Origin: Octopus sinensis
Lineage: Eukaryota
DNA: 64,000 nucleotides
Direction: 5' to 3'
Assembly (NCBI RefSeq): GCF_006345805.1
Contig: NC_043013.1
Location: 34,844,001-34,908,000, forward strand
The translations under genes were made by a program, and so were the position numbers. The notes under the pieces were generated by a model. It was given only the letters and a program-made list of their open reading frames with translations. It had not been told where the DNA came from and did not search any database. This document shows, in pieces, positions 26,270 to 36,924 of this stretch; within the stretch, counting starts at the first letter, position 1; each line of letters opens with the position of its first letter.

Positions 26270-26686
26270 TCTCTCTCTTTACTCTCTTTTACTTGTTTCA
26301 GTCATTTGACTGCGGCCATGCTGGAGCACCGCCTTTAGTCGAGCAAATCGACCCCGGGTCTTATTCTTTGTAAGCCCAGTAGTTATTCTATCGGTCTCTT
26401 TTGCCGATAAGTGACGGGGACGTAAACACACCAGCATCGGTTGTCAAGCAATGCTAGGGGGACAAACACAGACACACAAACACATACACACAGATACATA
26501 TATGCATATATATACACATATACGACAGGCTTCTTTCAGTTTCCGTCTACCAAATCCACTCACAAGGCATTGGTCGGCCCAGGGCTATAGCAGAAGACAC
26601 TTGCCCAAGATGCCACACAGTGGGACTGAACCCGGAACCATGTGGTTGGTTAGCAAGCTACTTACCACACAGCCACTCCTGCGCCA
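26270..26686 (-). mobile_element. SINE family A, young
   Basis: Near-consensus full copy. Confidence 0.95.
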
Positions 26687-27085
26687 TACTCTAGTTGTTG
26701 TTTTTGTATCTGTGAAATAAATGACATACCAGTCATAAAATCGGACTCACCCCTCCTCTATAGATTTGTTGTGTTGAATCAATGTAATAACAACAACAAA
26801 AATCAAAATAGTTGTCACAAAAGATGCTTTTTTTAAGTAGGATGGAAGGAACTGGAAGATGGCAGTTGCTATTCTTTGGAGACAGTAGAGTAATCCGAAA
26901 AGTTTATATGTGGAGGGAGCCCTAAATTGCTCTTGGTAGATTGACCTACTACTGGGGACTTTATTTATATTTTTCTAAATTCTGTTTTTATCACTGTTAT
27001 ACCCTTGTTATCTGTCTCTTCTTTTGATTAATATAAATCCATCTTGGTGTGTATTGTATTTCATCTTTTGATATTTATTCATTTA

Positions 27086-27116
<31 letters not shown>

Positions 27117-27117
27117 A

Positions 27118-27345
27118 GTAAGGTGGAAACCAGGCTGAATCATTAGCACACTGGGTAAGATGCTTAGCAGCATTTCATCCATTTTTACATTCTGAGTTCA
27201 AATTCTGCCAGAATCGACTTTGTATTTCATCATTTTGAGGTCGATAAATTAAGTACAATTGAAACACTAGGGTCGATTTCATCAACTTGTCTCTTCCTAC
27301 CAAATTTTAGGCCTTGTGCCTATAGTAGAAAAGATTATTATTATC
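27118..27345 (+). mobile_element. SINE family B, alternative tail
   Basis: Same layout as 24760-24990. Confidence 0.8.
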
Positions 27346-27349
27346 ATTA

Positions 27350-27647
27350 TTATTATTTCTCTTTGTCACAGGTTTTGTTGGAGTCTTGCATGCATAGTGG
27401 GCTTGCTACCTGCTGCCTACAATACCATGCTATCTGTTCTTTTGCACTATCTAATACTTTTCTGATTATTCTAGCTGTGCCAAGGAGGCAAATGTTTTGT
27501 AACAGTCCTACTGGGCACTCTATTCCAATTTCTTTTATATTCCCCTTGAGATCTTTTGATACTGTTCCTAAAGCCCCAACAATAATTGACACTATCTTCA
27601 CCTTCTTTATTTTCCGTAGCCAGGCTATTTAATACTTAAGAGGGTTG

Positions 27648-27732
<85 letters not shown>

Positions 27733-27739
27733 GTCTGTC

Positions 27740-27770
<31 letters not shown>

Positions 27771-28300
27771 CTATCTATTTATTCATCTTTCCGCCTTCCT
27801 TCTTGATTATTCGTGGGTCAAAGGGTCATGCAACATTAACTTTATAGCATATGTGGTGCACCTTCTCCACCACCACTAGGTCCAGTCTGTTATGCTCTAG
27901 CACCTGATCTGTTTGGATTGGGAGATGCCAGAGGATTTTGCTTGTCTCCAACTCCACCACTCCTTGCAGTTTGTGCTCATATCACATCTTACCTCTCTGT
28001 AGCCCCCATTTTTTGCACAGTTTCCAATGTAGCACCTGATCATGTCACCACAACTTATGGTTTTGAGCAAGTCTAGGGTATTCATTTGTGATATGAGCAA
28101 TGGTTTCATCCACTCTATTGGTGATGGGGACAGCAGTGGAAAGACTTGCTCTTTCCTAAGGTTGACCTTCTAGTTCGGGACTAAAGCTTGGTCTTGTGCT
28201 GCCAGTATAGTGCTCTTGATCTCTTTCAGTAGCATTCCTTTCATCAGCTGACCCCACCTATTTTTTCCAGCAACTTCTCTTGTGACTATATGGAATTGAT
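27350..28300 (-). pseudogene. R4/Dong-like LINE 3' remnant (CCHC region plus RLE) split by (TATC)n at about 27645-27780
   Basis: Decayed translation ETIAHITNE...HDQVLHWKLCKKWG...[12 protein letters not shown] and IIVGALGTVSKDL...LLGTARIIRKVL. Confidence 0.8.
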
Positions 28301-28364
28301 TGTGTAATTATTATTATTAACATTATTTTATTATTATTATTATGATCATCATCATCATAATTGT

Positions 28365-28520
28365 TATTAGGGTGGCAAACAGGCAGATTGCTCAGCAGTA
28401 TTTATTTCAGCTCTTTATGTACTGAGTTCAAATTCCACCAAGGTCAACTTTCTTTCTCATCCTTTCAGGGTTGATGAAATAAGTACCAGTTGAACACTGG
28501 GGTCTAATTAATCGAGTAAG
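28365..28520 (+). mobile_element. SINE family B, diverged
   Basis: gagttcaaattccaccaaggtcaac...catcctttcaggg. Confidence 0.75.
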
Positions 28521-28539
28521 CCCAACCACCATCGCCACC

Positions 28540-28836
28540 ACTATAGCAGAAAGAACTACTACTACTATTACTACTACTACTACTACTACTACTACTGGTA
28601 CTGCTGCTGCTACTACTACTACTGGTACTGCTTCTGCTACTACTGCTGCTGCTGCTGCTACTACTACTACTACAACTACTACTACTACAACTACTAGTAC
28701 TGCTGCTGCTACTACTACTACTAGTACTACCACTACTAGTACTGCTGCTGCTGCTACTACTACAACTACTACTACTAGTACTGGTGCTGCTACTACTGCT
28801 GTTGCTGCTACAACTACTATTGCTGCTGCTACTACA

Positions 28837-28870
<34 letters not shown>

Positions 28871-29127
28871 GTACTGCTGCTGCTGCTACTACTACAACTA
28901 CTACTACTGCTGCTGCTGCTACTACTACTACTAGTACTGGTGCTGCTACTACTGCTGCTGCTGCTACTACTACTACTAGTACTGGTGCTGCTACTACTGC
29001 TGCTGCTGCTACAACTACTATTGCTGCTGCTACTACAACTACTACTACTACTACCACTACAGGTACTGCTGCTGCTACTACAACTACTTGTGCTGCTGCT
29101 GCTTCTGCTGCTGCTTCTGCTGCTACA

Positions 29128-29178
<51 letters not shown>

Positions 29179-29220
29179 GCTACTACTGCTGCTGCTGCTG
29201 CTACTACTACTACTATTACT
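28540..29220. repeat. Compound (CTA)n/(CTG)n trinucleotide array
   Basis: Direct inspection; source of the poly-L and poly-V/A ORFs. Confidence 0.95.
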
Positions 29221-30023
29221 GAAGCCTTGTAACTAGTATTGAGGGGAGCACACTGGTGAAATCATTATTGCATCAGAAAAAATGCTTTAAGGCAAATTTC
29301 CCTGGTGGTAAAAGATATGCATTGCTCATTTCTTTCCATGGGTCGATATTTTCTTACCATCGCAAATTATTATTTTACAAATGTAGAAGATTTAATACTT
29401 TAATACATACTCACATGCACACACACACACACACATGCCAGTGCTAACATGATTAATGTAGCATGCCAGTAAACTTCAATTAATCAAGACTCTTCCGGCC
29501 CTGAGGACACATAAACACTGAAGCAATGCTTAAATCTGATCAAACCAGGAAAGGGCAATAATTCTGTTCTTTCAGTTAATTAAAATCGAAACTACACAAG
29601 TAGTGAGAAAAAAAAAGTAAGCAAAAGAAAAATTAGCATTTAAAAAAAAAACATTTGCACAAGGAGTAATATTAACACTCCAATCTTTTTGGGCAAACAT
29701 AGTGATAACGTCCCACACACACTTACACACACACACACACACACACACACCACACACACACACATATATATATTAATCATTGGAATTCCAACTAAGTCTA
29801 ACTTTCACATTTTATTATTTGCAATTTTTACAATTTAACAATATTGAAATAAAATAGTACTTTCATGCATTACACAATCATCAGGTTTATGTCGTGACAA
29901 TTATGTTCTGTAATTGACAACTGAATCTTATAAGCTGTATTTTGACTAATCAGCACATGAGTTAGATATCAGATTGGTCAGCATGCCAATTAAGATCTAA
30001 CTGTATTTTGACCAATCAGTATG

Positions 30024-30412
30024 TGGCTTGTGGCTGTGTGGTAAGAAGGTTGCTTCCCAACCACAAGGTTTCAGGTTCAGTCTCACTGCATGGCATCTTG
30101 GGTAAATGTCTTCTATTATAGTGTCTGGCTGACCAAAGCCATGTGAATGAATTTAGTAGATGGAAGCTAAAAGAAACCCATCATATATATATATATATAT
30201 ATATACATATGTATGTATGTGTTTCTTCCCCACCATCTCTTGACAACCGATTTTGATGTGTTTACATCCCCATCAGTTTGCAGTTCAGCAAAAGAGACTG
30301 ACAGAATAAGTACTAGGCTTACAAAGAATAAGTCCTGGGGTTGATTTCTCCGACTAAAGGTGGTGCTCCAGCATGGCCACAGTCAAATGATTGAAACAAG
30401 TAAGAGAATAAT
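30024..30412 (+). mobile_element. SINE family A
   Basis: Head, body and tail present. Confidence 0.9.
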
Positions 30413-30524
30413 AGAATATATATACATATCTATATCATAAATATGGGGAAAATAAATTAAAAAAATTTATTACCAGTGGTTAGCATGCATAAATAAAAGT
30501 CATAAGACAACATATTTTTTAAAA

Positions 30525-30885
30525 TATAAGCGTGTATAATAATTAATACCTGGAGAGGAGATCTTTGACAGGATTCTTTACATGATAAAAAAGCCAGTTA
30601 AAACCCAAACCTCGAAAAAGAGAATTCATGAGGCATGTTGTTATAACACGAGAATGAACAAAAATGAATTAGTTAATCCCAAACTCGAGTTTTGCTATTA
30701 ATTGCCAAATATACTAATTTGGAATCTGTAGCTCATCAGCAGAATTGCTAATTAATGAACAATTATGTAGATGCCTCATGAATTCTCTTTTTCTTGGTTT
30801 GGGCTTTAACTGGCTGTTTTAGCATGTAAGGAGTCCTGTCAATGGTCTCCATTTTGTGTATAAAAATATTTAATACACACTTATA
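30525..30885. mobile_element. Fold-back element with about 110-bp imperfect arms and a central hammerhead motif
   Basis: Arms about 30525-30635 and 30773-30885; minus strand aattctg CTGATGA gcta..tagc AAAA ctcgag tt tgggatt. Confidence 0.75.
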
Positions 30886-30913
30886 CTATGGCACTCTTAT
30901 ACACTCTTATACT

Positions 30914-31280
30914 ATGATGATGCTGAGGGTTCCAGTTGATCCAATCAATGGAACAGCCTGCTCGTGAAATTGACGTGCAAGTGGCTGAGCACTCCAAAGA
31001 CATGTATACACTTAACATAGTTCTCTGGGAGATTCAGCATGACACAGAGTGTGACAAGGCCAGCCATTTGAAATACAGGTACAAAAGAAACAGGAAGAAA
31101 AAGTGAGAGAAAATTGTGGTGAAAGAGTAGAGCAGGGTTCGCCACCAACACCTGACAGAGCCTTGTGGAACTTTTAGGTGTTTAGCTCAATAAACACTCA
31201 CAATGCACAGTCTGGGAATTGAAACTGCGATCTATGACCATGAGTCTGCTGCCCTAACCACTGGGCCATTTTGCCTCCAG
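30914..31280 (-). mobile_element. SINE family D (tRNA head, RTE-like tail)
   Basis: Minus head tggcccagtggttagggcagcagactc...gtttcaattccc; a second piece lies at 60570-60750. Confidence 0.85.
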
Positions 31281-31309
31281 ACACTTTCATATATATATAT
31301 ATATATATC

Positions 31310-31692
31310 ATCATCATCATCATCATCATTTAGCGTCCGTTTTCCATGCTAGCATGGGTTGGACGGTTCTACTGGGGTCTGTGGAAAGAGTGGTGAGTGG
31401 ATATGGTAGATGGAAACTGGAAGAAGCTTGTCGTATATGTATGTATATATATATATATATATATGCATATGTGTGTGTGTGTATATGTTTGTGTGTCTGT
31501 CCCCCCAGCATCATTTGACAACCAATGGTGTGTGTATGCATCCCCATAACTTGGCAGTTCGATAGAAGAAAGAGATAGAATAAGTATTAGGCTTACAAAG
31601 AATAAGCTCTGGGGTCGATTTGCTCAAATATAAAGGCGGTGCTCCAGCATGGCCACAGTCAAATGACTGAAACAAGTTAAAGAGTAAAAGAG
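31310..31692. mobile_element. RTE 3' tail fragment (minus) fused to a headless SINE A (plus)
   Basis: (cat)n ttagcgtccg...ggacgg followed directly by the SINE A body from gtgagtggat. Confidence 0.8.
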
Positions 31693-32075
31693 TAATGGTA
31701 TATATTAATTTTAATCATTTTAACTGATAAGGGAGAGAACTTTTGTTATGTTTCTATCTTATTAGCTTTACTCAACAATGCTTAGATTTAACTGTTCATG
31801 CCAAAGCAAATTTACAATACTGAACATGTATAATTCATAATATATTATCATATTAAAAAATATTATTGCTGAATTAATTACTCAGTAGGCACTGAACAAG
31901 TTAATTAAATACCCAGTTGTACAGCATAATTAGTTGTACAGTTCTTTTGTTCATAGGTATATCTATCTGTTTGTATATCTATCTACTCTCTGTATACATA
32001 CATACATACTTACATAAATACAGATATATATATATATATATATAAAAGCGCAAATAGGAACACAGGTGCATTAAT

Positions 32076-32135
<60 letters not shown>

Positions 32136-32309
32136 ACATACACTCATGCATATAGTCATACATATATAAACACACATATGCACACACACACACCCAAATA
32201 TTATATATGCATAAATATACACACACATACCATCATATACATACATACATATATACACCTGTAATTACATAACTTCATCCATATATCTAGAAATCTAGAG
32301 CACTACACA

Positions 32310-32346
<37 letters not shown>

Positions 32347-32741
32347 ACACACACACACACAAACGTATACACATATAAACACACACAAATACACTCTACA
32401 AACATAATGATATTTTGCATGATATGCCTATAATACATACACAGATCCATGCAAGGCAACACAAACACTCACTTAAAATCTTCAGCCGCATACCCACACA
32501 TACAGTCAACACATACTCACACACTTACATTCACACACTCATGCACACACACATACAGCAAGTGTTAGGCATACGTATCATAAATGTAGATTTTTTTTTT
32601 TTTTTTCCCATTCGGTTGTCACTTAAGGTTATTTCTCCGCAGAAAATTAATAATTAAAACTTTCCAAAGTTATGATGAATGCGGGATTACATTTTGTCTT
32701 TGCTTAGTTTTGTTGTTATTTGCTTTCACCATCACCATCAC

Positions 32742-32772
<31 letters not shown>

Positions 32773-32859
32773 GTCGTCGTCATTATCGTTATCCTCATTC
32801 TTGAAACTAAAAACAACCAGCTTTCAAATTACTTACTCAAGCAGATGTGGAAGTATGAT

Positions 32860-32886
32860 TGTGCGTATGCATGTGTGTGCATGTGT

Positions 32887-32923
<37 letters not shown>

Positions 32924-33056
32924 GGGCAGGTGTGAGCTGTGTGTGTGTGTGTATGTGTGTATATGTGTGTATGTGAATGTGTTTGTATGCTTGCATGTAT
33001 GCATACATACATACATGCATATATATATATATATATATACATACATATATATATAT

Positions 33057-33105
<49 letters not shown>

Positions 33106-33248
33106 ATATACTTATATATATATATATATTACTTATATATATATATTATATATACATGCATATATATATATATATATATATATACATACATACATACATA
33201 TATATATACATATATACATACATGCATACATATATATATATACATATG

Positions 33249-33303
<55 letters not shown>

Positions 33304-33320
33304 TGTGTGTATATATATAC
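32860..33320. repeat. (TG)n/(TA)n/(TACA)n microsatellite block
   Basis: Direct inspection. Confidence 0.95.
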
Positions 33321-33399
33321 ATGCTTTGTTCCTATTTTGTTCAATTCTAACTATATGTATATGTATTAATTTATCATCATTACAATCATAATCATCATT

Positions 33400-33650
33400 A
33401 TTTTGTTCTTCAAGACTTAATATCTGGGTCTGATTTGTATTATTCAGAGTTTGGCTAGAATTATCAGCATGCCAGGAAAAAGACTTAATGGAATTTTAAC
33501 CATCATTACAATCTTGGATTGACTTTGGCTTTTGTTTGCTCAGGGTTGATGAAATAAGTACTGACTGAGTACTGGAGATTGATGTAATGGAGTAGCTCCT
33601 ACCCAGGAAATTTCAGGCCCAATACTTATAACACAAAGAATTATCAGGAC
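33400..33650 (+). mobile_element. SINE family B, old and diverged
   Basis: gactttggcttttgtttgctcagggttgatgaaataagtact...gaaatttcaggcc. Confidence 0.55.
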
Positions 33651-33891
33651 ATTGCTACATCGCTTGTGTTATCCTTTGGCATTTTCCATTTGTATGCCCA
33701 TCTTGAGAACATTTACTACATCTTTCCATGGACTCCCTTGGGTTCTCATCAAAATCACTTTTTACTATATAAAATTGAACACTTTGAATATACAGGCATC
33801 CCTGTTCTATATGTATATATATATATGTATATACATACATAGATCTATAGTTACATAGATACATAGATACATGCATATATGTATATATATG

Positions 33892-33978
<87 letters not shown>

Positions 33979-34012
33979 TATATACGTATATAACATGCTG
34001 CGGTCATATATG

Positions 34013-34139
<127 letters not shown>

Positions 34140-34146
34140 CACACAA

Positions 34147-34345
34147 GAACATTACGACACAATTTCTTCACTGCAAATGGTCCTGCACTTTTCCATGTCA
34201 TTCTAAAAGAAATTAAAGTAGAAAAAGACCCCACAACTTTCAAACGGTACCTGGACAAATTCCTCCAGAAAATACCAGATAAACCACCTACACCTGGATG
34301 CATCTCAACCAACAACAACTCTCTGCTTGTGTGGTCCATCGTGTC
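34147..34345 (+). pseudogene. CR1/L2-group LINE 3' remnant
   Basis: Translation NFFTANGPALFHVILKEIK...FKRYLDKFLQKIPDKPPTPG resembles CR1-group ORF2 termini. Confidence 0.6.
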
Positions 34346-34644
34346 TTGAAATAATTAACTAAAAGACTTCTCCAGGTGGTGTTATTGAGTTAGTCATGGT
34401 TATCTATCTAAGTTATATATAACAAGGAAAGACGTCAACAAGAAACTATGACATTACAACCAGCCAGGCAAAGTCTTCACTACATTTGCTGCACCTGCCA
34501 GAGAGAGTGTTTATCCAGGAGAGGACTACACAGCCACAGCAGGAGATGTATTAGGACATGAAATGTAAAAACCAGACTAGATTATTCTATGCACAACTCC
34601 ATTGTCTCCCGAGACAAAAAGGATGCTAACAATATTTATATTTT

Positions 34645-34679
<35 letters not shown>

Positions 34680-35000
34680 TTAATAAATGTATATATATAT
34701 AGCAACAAAAAATTTTGTTGAAGAAATTTCCCCACGTGGTGCGTTGTAGTGAATAAATATATAATAAAAGAAGAAAAATGTACACAGTTTATATGTTTTA
34801 AATATATATTTCAAAGTATAGGATATTATGATAGTCGACTGGTTTTGTACTTCGCCAATCATGATATTGAAATTCGTGAAAGTATTGCAATTTTGTATTT
34901 TTCTTAAGAAGTTATTAGTCCATGTTGCTTGTATGAGGGCTTGTTTGTAAATGAATCACCATTTAGAAAAAAATCTATATATTTACACACATATATATAT

Positions 35001-35385
35001 ACTCTTTTACTCTTTTACTTGTTTCAGTCATTTGACTGCGGCCATGCTGGAGCACCGCCTTTATTCGAGCAACTTATTCTTTGTAAGCCCAGTACTTATT
35101 CTATCGGTCTCTTTTGCTGAACTGCTAAGTGACGGGGACGTAAACACACCAGCATCGGTTGTCAAGCAATGCTAGGGGGACAACACACAAACACACACAC
35201 ACACACACATATATACATATATACGACAGGCTTCTTTCAGTTTCCGTCTACCAAATCCACTCACAAGGCATTGGTCGGCCCGGGGCTATAGCAGAAGACA
35301 CTTGCCCAAGATGTCACGCAGTAGGACTGAACCCGCAACCATGTGGTTGGTTAGCAAGCTACTTACCACACAGCCACTCCTGCGC

Positions 35386-35387
<2 letters not shown>
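35001..35387 (-). mobile_element. SINE family A
   Basis: Near-consensus copy with a small internal deletion. Confidence 0.92.
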
Positions 35388-35414
<27 letters not shown>

Positions 35415-35422
<8 letters not shown>

Positions 35423-35720
35423 CTTCCTCATCAACATCGTTTAATGTCTGTTTTCCATGCTGGCATGAGTTGGACAGTTTGACTGAGGTCTGGAAAGCCA
35501 GAAGGCTGCACCAAGCTCCAGTCTGATCTGGCAAGGTTTCTGCAGCAGGATGCCCATCCTAATGCCAGCCACTCCAAGAGTGTAGTGGGTGCTTCTTACA
35601 CACCACTGGCACAGGAGCCAATCAGGCAGCCCTGGTATCGATCATGTTTGGGCAGTGCTTCTTATGTGCCACCAGCACAGAAGCCAGTCAGAGGGCATTG
35701 GCCACAGCTATGAGTTTGGT
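35415..35720 (-). mobile_element. 5'-truncated RTE 3' UTR copy
   Basis: catcgtttaatgtc tail plus two subunits. Confidence 0.85.
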
Positions 35721-36079
35721 TTTATTTGACTCAACAGGTCTTCTCAAGCATATCATATCACTCGACGTATCAAGGGTGCTTTTAAGTGGCCAGACATGCA
35801 ATGTATATGTGTGTCTGTATATTATATATGTACACACACATATACATATATACATGTGTGTATGTGTGTGAGTGTGTGCATATATATATGTATATATACA
35901 CACACGCAGACATATCATCATCATCATCATCATCGTTTAGCGTCCATTTTCCATGCTAGCATGGGTTGGACGGGTCAAATGGGGTCTGTGAAGCTGGAAG
36001 GCTTCGTCAGGCCCAGTCAGATCTGGCAGTGTTTCTACGGCTGGATGCCCTTCCTAACGCCAACCACTCCGCGAGTGTA

Positions 36080-36870
36080 GTGGGTGTTTTTTACGTGCCA
36101 CCTGCACAGGTGCCAGACAGAGCTGGTGAACGGCCACGAACGGATGGTGCTTTTACATGTCACCGGCTTGGGGCCAGGCGATGCTGGCAACGGACACGAA
36201 CGGATGGTGCTTTTACATGCCACCGACACGGGGCCAGACAGAGCTGGCAACCGGCCACGAACGGACGGTGCTTTTACGTGTCACCGGCACGGGGGCCAGC
36301 CGAGGCTGGCAACGGATGCGAACGGATGGTGCTTTTACGTGCCACCGACATGGTTGCCAGACAGAGCTGGCAAACGGCCACGAGCGGACGGTGCTTTTAC
36401 GTGTCACCGGCACGGGGGCCAGCCGAGGCTGGCAATGGACGCGAACAGATGGTGCTTTTACGTGCCACCGACACGGTTGCCAGACAGAGCTGGCAAACGG
36501 CCACGAGCGGACGGTGCTTTTACGTGTCACCGGCACGGGGGCCAGCCGAGGCTGGCAACGGACACAGACGGATGGTGCTTTTACGTGCCACCGACACGGG
36601 GCCAGACAGAGCTGGCAAATGGCCACGAACGGATGGTGCTTTTACGTGCCACCGACACGGGGCCAGACAGAGCTGGCCAACGGCCACGAACGGACGGTGC
36701 TTTTACGTGTCACCGGCACGGGGCCAGGCGAGGCTGGCAACGAACACGAACGGATGGTGCTTTTACGTGCCACCGACACGGGGCCAGGCAGAGCTGGGAA
36801 ACGGCCATGAGCGAATGGTGCTTTTACGTATCACCGGCACAGGTGCCAGATGAGGCTGACAGCGGACACG
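36080..36870 (-). repeat. 13 x about 61-bp GC-rich minisatellite with A/B dimer order
   Basis: ggtgcttttacgtg at about 36083, 36146, 36206, 36267, 36328, 36390, 36451, 36513, 36574, 36635, 36696, 36756, 36817. Confidence 0.95.
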
Positions 36871-36924
36871 AACAGATGGGTCACTTAACCCCTGCTTTCT
36901 GATATGATTTGATTTTGATTGTTC

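Noticed and set aside
28215-28250. Minus-strand CTGATGA...GAAA
   Set aside because: It lies in LINE coding remnant and no stems form.
31200-31280. tRNA gene
   Set aside because: The tRNA-like segment is the head of a SINE, contiguous with its body and decayed. No intact cloverleaf was seen anywhere in the window.
35960-36090. HDV-like ribozyme in the conserved RTE UTR motif
   Set aside because: I could not assemble the nested double pseudoknot by eye.
35966-36902. Three overlapping 217-295-aa repetitive ORFs
   Set aside because: These are by-products of the GC-rich 61-bp minisatellite, open in all frames and antisense to the LINE.
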